NCBI GenBank assembly: GCA_977020255.1
Contig: CDROCS010000506.1
Location: 682,001-746,000, forward strand
DNA: 64,000 nt
Reading direction: 5' to 3'
From: Obrimoposthia wandeli
Lineage: Eukaryota
Part shown: positions 28,352 to 42,500 of the stretch, piece by piece
How positions within the stretch are numbered: the stretch's first letter is position 1
Layout: the number at the start of each line of letters is the position of its first letter
The notes under the pieces: model-generated
What the model saw: the letters and a program-made list of their open reading frames with translations, nothing else
What the model was told of the DNA's origin: nothing
Database searches by the model: none
Position numbers and translations under genes: made by a program

Positions 28352-30534
28352 TGTGTCGCTCCTGGAACTAAAGCACCACTTTTAAGCTTTTCAAGAATGA
28401 GTGTTTTAGGACCATCAGCCACTAAGCGACCTTTATCTAATACGATGATTCGGTCAACCAATTGTAATAAATGCATTTTATGTGTAATTAATAATAGCGT
28501 ACGATCTTTAGCAATAACCTGCATTGAATTAATAAATTGTTTTTCCGAACGTGCATCAAGACTGGCTGTAGGTTCATCTAATAACAAGATCTGTGGATCA
28601 TTTAAGATTGCTCGAGCCAAAGCAATAGACTGACGCTGGCCACGAGATAAGGCTTTACCGCCTTCACCGACTTGCTGATCCAGACCTTGAGAGTCAAGAT
28701 CAGTAAACATGTTCACGCCAGAGAACTGCACGGCTCGGATCAATTGATATTCAGTGATTTGTTTCGCGCCAAACAAAATATTTTCTTTAATAGTACCGTG
28801 GAACAAGGTGATATCTTGCGGTAAATAACCAAAATTACGGCGTAGATCACTGGGATGGATTTGTTGTTGACTCATGCCATCAAACTGCAAACTGCCTGTG
28901 GTTGGTTGGTATAAACCTAATAATAATTTAGCTAAGGTACTTTTTCCCGAGCCATTACGACCAATGATCGCGACTTTCTCACCCGGTTTAATTTGTAAAG
29001 ATAGAGGATATAGGCTCGGTTTATCAACGTCAGGATAACTAAAACCAAGTTGTTCTAAGCCTATTCTACCTTCGAGTTTATTGCGACTTGGGAGATGTGC
29101 TTTATCTTCAAACTCATCAACTTGTTCCATGATCGCATCAAGCTGACGCATGGCACTGATGGTTTGATTAGAACGAGTCATTAACGAGGCTACTTTAGCC
29201 ATTGGTGCAATAGCACGGCTAGATAACATCACTGCAGCGATAATAGCGCCCATCGAGATCTCGTTTTCAGCAACACGATATACCCCTAATACAACCACTC
29301 CAATCACAGATACTTGCACAATCAAACTTGCGACATTAGCGACTGAGTTAGTGATCACTTTCGCCTTAAGCTGCCAAGTCGATATATGCCCGAGCATTTG
29401 CTGCCAGCTTTGTTGTACTACACCTTCAGCACCGTTGGCTTTAATCAATTCAAGCACCGATAAACTTTCCACTAAGTGGCCATGGCGTAAGCTGGAAAAT
29501 TTGTTGCCTTCTTCAATTGCATGACGTAAGCGCGGTTGTATTAATAAGGTATAACCAATAATCAATAAGGTAGCGATAACCGAGAACATAGCTAGGTCAC
29601 CAGCGACTAACCAGATAATAACCATAAACAAGATAGCGAAAGGAAGGTCAACTAAAGCCGTGATCGTCGCTGAGGATAAAAACTCCCGCACACTGTCAAA
29701 CTCACTGAGTTGTTTGGCCATACCACCGACACTCGATGCACGTTTTTCTAATGGCATACCAATCACTTTGGCAAATAGTTTAGCAGAGGTTTCTAAATCT
29801 ACTTTTTTACCAGCGACATCGATAAGATAGCCACGTAACTGCTTCATGATGAAGTCAAAAATATAAGCCACCGTTGCACCAATCGCTAAAACCCAAAGTG
29901 ATTCAAACGCTAAATTAGGCACGACTTTATCGTACACGTTCATCACAAATAGCGGAGAGACTAAAGCAAATAAATTGACTAATACCGAGGCAATAATAAC
30001 GTCACGATAGATAGAACTAGAGGATTTAACAGTTTGCCATAACCAATGCTTTTTGGTGTCGTGCAAGTGAACATCAAATTCACGATCGCCGTGGTATTGC
30101 TGCTTTACTAAAAACAGATAGCCCACATAAATAGCTTCTAATTCAACGATAGTCAGTAATACTTCGCCGCCTGTTTCCGGCATGGAAATAACCGCTTTAT
30201 CAGCACCAAGATCTAATTCTTGTAACACACAAGCCTGTTGATCTTTTAACAGTAAAATACACGGCAATAACATGCGAGGTAATTCATTCAGCCCTTTTTG
30301 ACTTAATTTTGCACTTAATCCTGCTCGGGATGCAGCTTGAGGCACCAATTCAGGTGAAAGATGTGCCCCCGATATAGATAGACCAGCCGTCAACGCTTCA
30401 CCCGAACACGGGTTACCAAAGTGTTCAGTCAGTAAGATTAAACAATCCAGCAGTGGATCCTCAACGATACGCTGAGAAGGGTGTATATTCCACTGTGATG
30501 TTGACGTTGTATTCGTTGCTGCCTGCACTGCCAT
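28348..30534 (-). CDS. lapB: T1SS ABC permease/ATPase with C39-like domain (LapB/AggC)
   Basis: 728 aa; FVMNVYDKVVPN, GRNGSGKS, LSRGQRQ, LLLDEPT, ITHK. Confidence 0.92.
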   Translation of the reverse strand: MAVQAATNTTSTSQWNIHPSQRIVEDPLLDCLILLTEHFGNPCSGEALTAGLSISGAHLSPELVPQAASRAGLSAKLSQKGLNELPRMLLPCILLLKDQQACVLQELDLGADKAVISMPETGGEVLLTIVELEAIYVGYLFLVKQQYHGDREFDVHLHDTKKHWLWQTVKSSSSIYRDVIIASVLVNLFALVSPLFVMNVYDKVVPNLAFESLWVLAIGATVAYIFDFIMKQLRGYLIDVAGKKVDLETSAKLFAKVIGMPLEKRASSVGGMAKQLSEFDSVREFLSSATITALVDLPFAILFMVIIWLVAGDLAMFSVIATLLIIGYTLLIQPRLRHAIEEGNKFSSLRHGHLVESLSVLELIKANGAEGVVQQSWQQMLGHISTWQLKAKVITNSVANVASLIVQVSVIGVVVLGVYRVAENEISMGAIIAAVMLSSRAIAPMAKVASLMTRSNQTISAMRQLDAIMEQVDEFEDKAHLPSRNKLEGRIGLEQLGFSYPDVDKPSLYPLSLQIKPGEKVAIIGRNGSGKSTLAKLLLGLYQPTTGSLQFDGMSQQQIHPSDLRRNFGYLPQDITLFHGTIKENILFGAKQITEYQLIRAVQFSGVNMFTDLDSQGLDQQVGEGGKALSRGQRQSIALARAILNDPQILLLDEPTASLDARSEKQFINSMQVIAKDRTLLLITHKMHLLQLVDRIIVLDKGRLVADGPKTLILEKLKSGALVPGATQ

Positions 30535-30586
30535 TTATTCCCTTAAATTTAACTACTATCATTCAATTATCAAAAGTTTAAGTGGT

Positions 30587-33500
30587 TTAGAAGACCAATG
30601 GATCGTCTAAGTCATTCAATATGCTGTTTATACCTTCCGGACTGGTAAGATCTACATTGCTATAAGCAGCACTTAAGTCAACATTATCTAAAATGATAAC
30701 TTGGCTAATACCAGCGCCATTACCTTCGGTATGAATATTGATTGTTGTCGTCACACTACCATCACTTTCGTTTGTAAAGCTCATGTCTAAATAATTGCTT
30801 AGATCATCACTTCCAACACCTTGCAGTAAATCACTCAAATCTAACTTATCTTCACCAATATCAAAATCAGTAATGTGATCAATAGCTGGAGCTTGTTCGG
30901 TACCTTGATCACCATCAAACCAAACAGCGGTATCAATACCAGCACCACCTGTAAGTATATCATCACCACTGCCACCGATTAACGTATCTTCGCCGTCACC
31001 GCCTATTAATGTATCGCCACCGTCTTGACCCATAAGTAAGTCATCACCAGTGCCACCACTTAAATAATCACTATTAGCACCACCGACTAAAGCATCGTCA
31101 CCGCCATTACCAATTAATATATCTGCACTGTCACTACCGAGTAAAATCTCATCAAGTTTACTACCAGTAATGGTTAAGCCATTAACTTTTTGAAAGTTGA
31201 CACTTGCTTGATCATTTGCGTCATTATTATTTAATGTATAGTCGAAACTAGCATCACTCAGGTTATTACCTGCTGTAACTGTTAGCTCTACTGTATCGTA
31301 CTGCGAATTGTTAGTAATAACTGTTGTATCCGTCTCATTACTAATCGCAGAAATATCACCCGATAAACCTTTTGTATCGTTATGCAGTAATGCCAATGTC
31401 GGAATTTCTAAGGTGGTTAATCCATTTTGATTGGTTAAGATTAAATCACGGTTAGCGTCAAGATTGGCTTGATACTCCAGATTGATAATCATATCAAGCT
31501 GCGTACTATCACCATCGTTATCTACAATAGTAATATTGAAAATATCTTGCTCACCAGTGATACTTTTATCCAATTCAATTTTATAGTTATATTCCAATGT
31601 TGATAAATCTAAAGTCAGCGTGCCTCCTTTAGCTGTATGGATTGATATTTCAGAGTTAGCGTCACCAGGTTGATAGTAATAAGTAGTACCATCAATTGTG
31701 ATTTCAGATATAAAACCACCATCAGCCCCTAAAGCTGCACCAGCATTACCACTCGCCGCTAGCAATGAAACATTACCACTAAGAATACCACCATCAATTG
31801 TACTTAATAAAGTATCAGATAGTTCCACAGCAGACGATATTCTAATTGTGTTCGGTTCAACTTCACCATTATCACCAGTATTCGGGTAACCAATAGGGTT
31901 TAGCTCATTTAATGAAGTCGAGCCGCCAATACCAATCGAGAATGATGTATCGATATTGTTATTATCAATAAAGTTTTCCCATGCTATTTTAGCATTATTA
32001 TCAATGCCATGATTGTTACTTGGAGCTCCATCAGAGATGAAATAAACAAGGGATTTATCGGCAATATTACCCTGCGGTACTTGGTAATTATCCATCACGG
32101 AATCAAGCGCTTTATCGTAATGTGTACCGCCTCCGGTCTGAATTCCATCTAAGTAGTTACTAGCCTTATTAAGGTCATCTTCAAACCACTGTGATTCTAT
32201 AACACTGCTACTAAAAGTAACAAATTGAACATTCACATTACCTACTTTATCGTATTCAGAAAGCATACTAGCAATAGCTTCTTTAGCTAAATCCATACGG
32301 CTAGGTCCAGAATTTCCCGCTGCAGCACTGCCCATTGAACCAGATTTGTCTAACACTACGATTAAATTAACTGTATATGCTTCCGATGCGGCTTCAAGAG
32401 TTAATTCGACATCATTAGCAACCGGTGCATCATCGACAATGCTCACGTCAAACTGTGCAGTTGTTTGATGACCACTACTTTGGTCTGTCAGTTGGTAAGT
32501 AATTGAATCTGTTGTACCCTCACCAGCGACATTGACAGCATTACCGAGTGTATAAGTATAATCACCCGCTCTATTGCTACCATCATCAGCAATATAAACA
32601 ACCAATGTACCCTGATCCATACTCACAGTTATTGTTGATGAACCACCCGTAGCAGTAGAACCATCGACCTCTGTAATCGTTGTAGACGCGCCAATACCAG
32701 CATCATTATCAAGTAAGTTACCAGTAAGGACAGTAATCGAACTCCCCTCTGATGTTCCGCCTGTTAATCCTGATTCAAACACGGTGCCACTATCATTAAA
32801 TGCTGTCGAGTCACCAGCATGCTCAACAGTCAAAGTTGCTTCACTCGTATCGCCATCTGAATCGGTGATCACATAATCGAACGTTTCGTCATCAACATGA
32901 CCAGAGTCACCTTGTAACGTCATCCCGGTTAATACAAATGTAGAGTTGCCTGTAGGCGTGATAGCAAGGTAAGCAACATCACTACCAAATTGCAACGTTT
33001 CGCTGATACTCTGACTTGTAGAACCTCTAACATCTTTAAATCCAACAACATTACCGGCATTATCATAACCATAAACTCTTGCATACTCGACTGAGTTAAG
33101 TTGGCCAAAATTTAAAGTAATGTTATTTGTACTAGTGCCTAACGACAATATCAGCGAATCATCTCCGTTAATAACAGCACCACTACCATTAGCGACACCA
33201 ATACCATTTGTGCTCGAGTTAGAATGCGCATTATTCGGAGTACCAACTAAATTATTAACATTTAGTCCAACATGGATCGCATCACTAGTGTAAACGTTAT
33301 AAAAGTCAGCAGTACTTCCATACAAACCATGGATATCAATGCCAGCATTAGTCCAACTAGGTGATTCAAGATTTCCGCTAGCAACCTTGGTTTCAGATAA
33401 CTCAGAGTTATATACATAACTACCATCATCTTTAAACGTGATAGTGCCGCTGGTTGTATCCAGCGTTAACTCACCGTTAATGAAACCTTGGCCATTAACC

Positions 33501-36500
33501 TCCGTTAAACTAACAGTATCGACACTAACTTCATCTTCACCATCAGTTTGCCCGCCAGCACCTGTAATAACATTACCGTGGATAGTACCGCCGTAACCAA
33601 CGCTATCAAGATCATCAATTGCACTAGGTTCACTGTCTAAGACGATAACATCAAGTTGAATAGTTGTTGATGCGGTCTCATTACTGCCAGTACCGTTCGC
33701 CTCTGTTGACGTAGCTGTAAAGCTTAAAGAGTGCGTAGTTGAAACACCTGTCGCTGTACCATTAAAAGTTAGATCGGCGAGGTTCCAATCACTGATATCA
33801 ATATCACTACCATCGCTAGTCACTGAGTTCGTACCATCGCTTATGACAGCGCCAATCGGCACACCACTAACAACGAGACCAAGAGACTCTGAACCATCGA
33901 TATCAACAAGCGCAGCTGTTACAGTCGACAGTTGTATATCCTGCCCTTCCATTCCTTCATTGAGGCGGACCGGATAGAATCCACCGTCACTATTTACATC
34001 ATTATGACCGCTATGTTGTGCGCCTAAATTGTTGACCTCATCGATGTCAGTATAAGTTGGTAGCACAGATAATTCTTGTGCTGAACCACCGTTAACTTTA
34101 ACGCTAACATCATAAGACCCAACGCCAGAGCCGTTATAGCTGTACATTTCAAAACTGTAATAACCAGACTCTGCAGGTGTATAAGCAGAAGATGTATAAT
34201 TCCCCCAACTATCGTACCCTTGAGAAAATACGACATCCCCACCAATTTCCATGTGGAAAGTATCATCACGATAACCAGTAAACTCGTAACTTGTACCAGC
34301 TTCCAAATACACTAAACCTGTCGCTCTAACAGCTGTATCTGTAGGTAGATTAATACGACCGCCATTGTCAGTCAGCTCGGATAAATTAGCTGTCGACGTT
34401 GGCGTTACACCAGCAAGTGCTTCTTCCATATAACCAGCATTCGAGCCGGAAATTTCAGCAATGGTAAAAGCTGTTACATTACTAAATGTTTCAACAAGTA
34501 AGCCAGCGCCTTGCGGTGGATTGTAACCTGCAGGATCAATGACGTTATTAGAAAGCGTTATTGTTGGTGCGTCTGCGACGGCTTCAACATTTACTGTTCC
34601 TGTAGCTGAATTACTCCATTCATTGCCATCAGATACACTGAATTCAAAGTTACTGTAATTTGAACCCGATTCATGTTCGTCATTAATGAATCTTAAATTC
34701 CCATCGTTAATATCACTGATTAATATTTCTTGTCCTTCAGTGACATTAACCCAGGTATTACCTACGAATAGTTGGATGTCACCTTCTGATGCTAAGGAAT
34801 CAATACGCACACTAGCTAATATATCGCCTTGAGTATCAGTAAAGTTAAAGTCAGTTTCATTTAGTATATAAGCAACGTCTTCAACCGAATTAATAATACT
34901 GTCGACAGTCGTTGGCGCTGCATTGATGATCAACTCACTATTGGTGCTGTCTATAGATTGATTTCCAGCGCTATCAGTAACGGTTGCTTCGACGTTGTAA
35001 GTTTGACCATCAAGGAATGGTGCCAACGTGCCGCTATCAACTGTTGCCGTCTCTGTATCAATGCTCCAATTCCCATTGGTCACTGTCACGTTATTATAGG
35101 TTGCGCCGTTCACAGTCACGCTTAAGCTTTCACCGTCTGCAACTACCGCTGACCCCGTAATAACAGGACTCGTGTCACTTGTCGTTTGTGCGATCACGGT
35201 CGGTACGCTTGGCGCCGTTGTATCTATCGTTACTTCACCGCTCGTTGTATCTACCGCTGTATTGCTTGCTGCATCAGTAACCGTCGCTGTTACATCATAA
35301 GTTTCGCCATCAGTAAATTGGCCTAATGTACCTGTTGTCGGTGTTGCCGTTCACCTTATCAATGCTCCAGTTCCGTTGGTCACTGTCACGTTGCCGCGCC
35401 GTTCACTGTCGCGCTTAGCTTTCACCGTCTGCCACGCGGAAACCGATAATCACTGGACTCGTGTCGCTTGTCGTTTGTGCGATCACGGTCAGTACGTAAC
35501 CGTTGTATCTATCGTTACTTCACCGCTCGTTGTATCTACCGCTGTATTGCTTGCTGCAGCCGTAACGTCGCTGTTACATCATAAGTTTCGCCATCAGTAA
35601 ATTGGCCTAATGTACCTGTTGTCGGTGTTGCCGTTTCTGTATCAATGCTCCAGTTCCCGTTGGTCACTGTCACGTTGTTATAGGTTGCGCCGTTCACTGT
35701 AATTGACAGTGATTCACCGTCTGCAACTACCGCTGAACCGGTAATCACTGGACTCGTGTCGCTTGTCGTTTGTGCGATCACGGTCGGTACGCTTGGCGCC
35801 GTTGTATCTATCGTTATACCGCTCGTTGTATCTACCGCTGTATTGCTTGCTGCATCAGTAACCGTCGCTGTTACATCATAAGTTTCGCCATCAGTAAATT
35901 GGCCTAATGTACCTGTTGTCGGTGTTGCCGTTTCTGTATCAATGCTCCAGGTACCGTTGGTCACTGTCACGTTGTTATAGGTCGCGCCGTTCACTGTCAC
36001 GCTTAGGCTTTCACCGTCTGCAACTACCGCAGAACCGGTAATCACTGGACTCGTGTCGCTTGTCGTTTGTGCGATCACGGTCGGTACGCTTGGCGCCGTT
36101 GTATCTATCGTTACTTCACCGCTCGTTGTATCTACCGCTGTATTGCTTGCTGCATCAGTAACCGTCGCGGTTACATCATAAGTTTCGCCATCTACAAATG
36201 CGGCTAAAACACCACTATCAACAGAAGCCGTTTGTGTATCAATGCTCCAGGTACCGTTGGTCACTGTCACGTTGTTATAAGTCGCGCCGTTCACTGTCAC
36301 GCTTAAGCTTTCGCCATCGGAAACCACCGCTGAACCGGTAATTACTGGACTCGTGTCGCTTGTCGTTTCTGCGATCACGGTCGGTACGCTTGGCGCCGTT
36401 GTATCTATCGTTACTTCACCGCTCGTTGTATCTACCGCTGTATTGCTTGCTGCATCAGTAACCGTCGCTGTTACATCATAAGTTTCGCCATCAGTAAATT

Positions 36501-39500
36501 CGGCTAAAATACCTCTTGTCGGTGTTGCCGTTTCTGTATCAATGCTCCAGTTCCCGTTGGTCACGGTCACGTTGTTATAGGTTGCGCCGTTCACTGTCAC
36601 GCTTAAGCTTTCACCGTCTGCAACCACCGCGGAACCGGTAATCCACTGGACTCGTGTCGGCATCGTTTGTGCGATCACGGTCGGTACGCTTGGCGCCGTT
36701 GTATCTATCGTTACTTCACCGCTCGTTGTATCTACCGCTGTATTGCTTGCTGCATCCGTAACCGTCGCTGTTACATCATAAGTTTCGCCATCAGTAAATT
36801 GGCCTAATGTACCTGTTGTCGGTGTTGCCGTTTCTGTATCAATGCTCCAGGTACCGTTGGTCACTGTCACGTTGTTATAGGTCGCGCCGTTCACTGTCAC
36901 GCTTAAGCTTTCATCGTCTGCAACTACCGCAGAACCGGTAATCACTGGACTCGTGTCGCTTGTCGTTTGTGCGATCACGGTCGGTACGCTTGGCGCCGTT
37001 GTATCTATCGTTACTTCACCGCTCGTTGTATCTACCGCTGTATTGCTTGCTGCATCCGTAACCGTCGCTGTTACATCATAAGTTTCGCCATCTACAAATG
37101 CGGCTAAAACACCACTATCAACAGAAGCCGTTTGTGTATCAATGCTCCAGGTACCGTTGGTCACTGTCACGTTAATTTATCCGTCGCGCGTTCACCGTCA
37201 CGCTTAAGCTTTCGCCATCGGAAACCACCGCTGAACCGGTAATAACAGGGCTCGTGTCGCTTGTCGTTTGTGCGATCACGGTCGGTACGCTTGGCGCCGT
37301 TGTATCTATCGTTACTTCACCGCTCGTTATCTACCGTTGTATTGCTTGCTGCATCGTAACCGTCGCTGTTACATCATAAAGTTTTCGCCATCAGTAAATT
37401 GGCTAATGTGCCTGTTGTCGGTGTTGCCGTTTCTATCAATGCTCCAGTTCCGTTGGTCACGGTCACGTTATTATAGGTCGCGCCGTTCACTGCCACGCTT
37501 AAGCTTTCGCCATCGAAACCACCGCTGAACCGATCGCACTGGACTTGTGTCACTTGTCGTTTGTGCGATCACGGTCGGCACGCTTGGCACCGTTGTATCT
37601 ATCGTTACTTCACCGCTCGTTTATTGTCTACCGCTGTATTGCTTGCTGCATCCGTAACCGTCGCTGTTACATCCGCCAGTTTCGCCATCTACCGTGCGGC
37701 TAAAACACCACTATCAACAGAAGCCGTTTGCTGTTCAATGCCAGGTTCCGTTGGTCACTGGATCACGTTGTTATAAGGTCGCGCCGTTCACCGTCACTCT
37801 TAGCTTTCGCCATCGGAAACTACCGCTGAACCGGTAATCAGGGCTCGTGTCGCTTGTCGTTTGTGCGATCACGGTCAGGTACGCTTGGCGCCGTTGTATC
37901 TATCGTTACTGTATTGCTACCGCTGTATTGCTTGCTGCCATCCGTAACCATCGCTGTTACATCATAAGTCTCGCCATCAGTAAAATTGGCCTAAAACACC
38001 ACTATCTTTTGTTGTCGGCCGTTTGTGTCTCCATATCAATGCTCCAGGTTCCGTTAGTCTACTGGTCACGTTGTTATAGGTCGCGCGTTCACTGTCACGG
38101 CAGCTTTCGCCGCGGCTAAACTACCGCTGAACCGGTATCACTGGACGTGTCGCTTGTCGTTTGTGCGATCACGGCGATTGGTACGCTGGCACCGTTGTAT
38201 CTATCGTTACTTCACCGCTCGTTGGTTTTGCTTAAGCAGCATCCGTAACCAAATCGTAACTGTCGCTGTTACATCATAATGCCATCAGTAAAATGCGGCT
38301 AAAACACCACTATCTAACAGTAAGCCTGTTGTCGGTGTTATCGAAGCTCCGTTTCTGTACCTCCAGTTCCCGTTTGGTCACGCTGTCACGTTGTTATAGG
38401 TCGCGCCGTTCACTGTCAACCGCTTGACGCTAAGTTTCGCCATCCGGCAACCACCGCTGAACCGGTAATTGATGTCGTGTCGGCGTCGTCGCTGCGTCTT
38501 GTGTACGTCTTACAACGTTGTATCTATCGTTATCGCCCGGCTTCTTCGTTACCACCGCTCGTTGTATCTACCGCTGTATTGACTTTGCCATCCGTAACCG
38601 TACATCATAAGTTTCTCAGTAAAATTGGCGGCTAATGTAACACCACTGTTGTCGGTGAACAGAAGCCGTTTAGGTGTACAATGTCATAAGTATCGTTGGT
38701 CAACGTATAGGTCGCATCGCTTAAGGCTAGGCAACCACCGCGGAGAACCAGTACCGTTCGCCTGTCGTTTGTGCATCTAAGTTGTATCTATCGTTACTTC
38801 ACCGCTGTTGTATCTACTGCTGGGAGCTTTGCCGCATCCGTAACCGTCGCTTCTTCCACATCATAAGATTTCACCGCCATCTACAGTAATGGGCTAAAAC
38901 ACCATACCAGAAGTGTTGCCGTTCATAGGTATCAATGCTCTTCCGTTGCGTCATTTGGTTGCGCCGTATGTCACGCTTAAGCTACGCTCGCAACCACCGC
39001 GAACCGGTAATCCGCTGGACTCGTGTCGCTTGTCGCTTCAGCGATCACGGTCGGTACGCTTGGCGCCGTTGTATCTATCGTTACTTCACCGCTCGTTGTA
39101 TCTACCGCTGTATTGCTTTGCTGCATCAGGTAACCGTCGCTGTTACATCATAAGTTTCGCCATCAGTAAATTGGCCTAATGTACCTGTTGTACGGTATTT
39201 GCCGTTTCTGTATCAATGCTCCAGGGTACCGTTGGTCACCGTCACGTTGTTATAGGTCGCTTCGCGTTCACTGTCACGCGCTTGAGGCTTTTCACCGTCT
39301 GCAACTACCGCAAGAACCGGTAATCACTGGACTCTGATGGCGCTTGTCGTTGTGCGATCACGGTCGGTACAGGCTTGCCGCAACGTTGCCTATCTATCGT
39401 TACTTCACCAGCTCGTTGTATCTACCGCTGTATTGCTTTTGCTTGCCATCAGTGCAACCGCCGTCGCGATTTACATCATAAGGTTTCTGCCATCTACAAA

Positions 39501-42500
39501 TGCGGCTGAAAAACACCCACGGTCAACAACAAGCGCGTTTTGTGTGATGCAATGCTCCGGGTATAGTATGGTCACTGTCACGTTGTTATAAAGAATCGCG
39601 CCGATTTTGCACTGTCACGCTTAAGCTGCGCCATCGGAAACTACCGCTGAACCGGTAATTACCCTGGACTCGTGTCGCTTTTGTTCGTTTCTGCGAATCA
39701 CGGTCGGTACGCTTGGCGCCGTTGTATCTATCGTTTACTTCACCGCTCGTTTGTATCTACCGCTGCCGTATTGCTTGCTGCATCAGTAACCGTCGCTGTT
39801 ACATCATTAAGTTTCGCCATCAGTAAATTGGGCCTAATGTATTGCCTGATGCTCCGGTGTTGGCCGTTTCACCGTTCATCAATCGCTCCAGTTCCCAAGT
39901 TGGTCACGGTCACGTTGTGAAAGCTATAAGTTACGCGCCGTTCACTGTCACGCTTAAGCTTTCACCGTCTGCAACTACCGCAGAACCGGTAATCACTGGA
40001 CTCGTGTCGCTTGTCGTTTGTGCGATCACGGTCGGTACGCTTGGCGCCGTTGTATCTATCGTTACTTCACCGCTCGTTGTATCTACCGCTGTATTGCTTG
40101 CTGCATCCGTAACCGTCGCTGTTACATCATAAGTTTCGCCATCAGTAAATTGGCCTAATGTACCTATAGTCGGTGTTGCCGTTTCTGTATCAATGCTCCA
40201 GGTACCGTTGGTCACTGTCACGTTGTTATAAGTCGCGCCGTTCACCGTCACGCTTAAGCTTTCACTGTCTGCAACTACCGCTGAACCGGTAATAACAGGG
40301 CTCGTGTCGCTTGTCGTTTGTGCGATCACGGTCGGTACGCTTGGCGCCGTTGTATCTATCGTTACTTCACCGCTCGTTGTATCTACCGCTGTATTGCTTG
40401 CTGCATCAGTAACCGTCGCTGTTACATCATAAGTTTCGCCATCAGTAAATTGGGCTAAACCTGTTGTCGGCCGTTTCTGTATCAATGCTCCATACCCGTT
40501 GGTCACTGTCACGTTGTTATAAGGTCGCGCCGTTCACCGTCGCGCTTAAGCCGCCATCGGAAACCACCGCAGAACCGGTAGGGCTCGTGTCGCTTGTCGT
40601 TTGTGCGATCACGGTCGGTACGCGGCATCTATCGTTAACCGCTCGTTGTATCTACCGCTCTTGCTGCATCCGTGTCGCGTTACTCATAAGTTTCGTCAGT
40701 AAATTCGGGCCTTGTACCTGCTTGTTGTCGATGTTGCTGTTTCTGTATAATGCTCCAGGGTTCCGTTGGTCACTGTCGTGTGTATAGTCGCCCACTTGCA
40801 CTGTCACGCTTAAGGCTACATCCGCTGCAACTACCGCTGAACGCACTCTCGTTGTTGTCGTTGTGTCGGATGCGGTCGCTGGCGCCGTTGTATTGTTGCT
40901 CACCGCTTGTATCTACCGCTGTATTGCTTGCCATCCGTAACTACGTCGCTGTTACATCATAAGTTTCGCTATCATCTAAGAAATGCGGCTAAAGAAACAC
41001 CACTCATGGCAAATGGCAATGCTCCACTGTGCATCCTTGTTATAAGTCGGTTCACCGTCCGCTTGCTTTCGCCATCGCCATCGAAACCACCGCTGAACTT
41101 CGAGGCCGGTGGGCTCTATCATTGTTGTTTGTGCGATCTGCGTGCTCCCGTTGTATCCCTCGTTCCGTTTGTATCTACCCAGGCTCATCCCCGCTGCTGC
41201 AACCGTCGTCTTTGTTACACTCGTTTCGCCATACAGTATAAATATGCCTGTTGTCGCCGATTTCCGTCCAGGTCACTGTTGTTATAGGTCGCGCCGTTCA
41301 CGCTTAAGCTTTCGCCATCGGAAAACCACCGCTGAACCCGGTAATCGCTGGACTCGTCGCTTGTCGTTTATTGCGATCATGCGGTCGGTACGCGCTTGGC
41401 ACCGCTTTTCGTATCTATCGTTACTTCACCGCTCGTTGTATCTACCGCTGTATTGCTTGCTGGCACCATCCGTAACCGTCGCTGTTGCATCAGTTTCGCC
41501 ATCACAAACGTAAATTGGCCCTGCCACTGTTAACCCGTGTCAGAAAGTGTTGCCGCTTTCTGTATCATCAATGCAATGCATCCGTGCGTTGGGTCACTGT
41601 CACGTTGTTATGAAGTCGCGCTGCACCGTCACGCTTAAGGTCTCTGGAAACCGCAGAACCACGGCCAATAATCAGAATCTGATCGCTGATTAATCGCTTG
41701 TCGTTGTTGCGATCACGGGTCGGCGCTTGGCGCCGTTGTATCTTATCGTTACTCACCGCTCGTTGTATCTACCGCTGTATTGCTGCTTGCATCGTCGTAA
41801 CCGTCGCTGTTTCATAAGTTTCGCCATCAGTAAATTGGCCTAATGTACCTAAGTTGTCCGGTGTTGCCCGTTTTCTGTATCATCATCGCTCCAGGATTCC
41901 GTTGGTCACGAGTCACGTTGTTGCAGGTCGCGCCGTTCACTGTCACGCTTAAGCAAGCTTTCGCCATCGGAAACCACCGCAGAACCGGTTCATGGACTCC
42001 ACGGTCATCCTTGTATCACGTTTACACCGTGTGTATCTACCGCTGTATTGCTTGCAGCATCCGTAACCAAATTGTTACATCGGAACGCGTAAGTTGGCCT
42101 AATCTGTTGTCGGTGTTGCCGTTTCTGTATCAATGTTGCGTTTTCTCCAGAGTCCGTGGTCACTGTCACGTTGTTATAGGTCACTGTCACGTTCATTATA
42201 GATCGCGCCGTTCACTGTCGTTTTTCACCGTCTGCGCAGAACCGGTCCGCTGTTGTCGCTTGTCGTTTGTGCGATACGGTCTACGCTTGCTGGCGCGTTA
42301 CATCGTTGCTGCACTTCACCGCCGCTCGTTGTATCTACCGCTGTATTGCTTGTCCGTGTCGCTGTTACATCTGCGCGTAAATTGGCCTAATGTTTTGTCG
42401 GTGTTGCCGTTTCTGTATCTGCTCAGTTCCCGTTGGTGGTCCACGGTCTTGTAAGGTCGCGCCGTTCCACTGTCACGCTAAGCTTTGCACCGTCGCTGTT

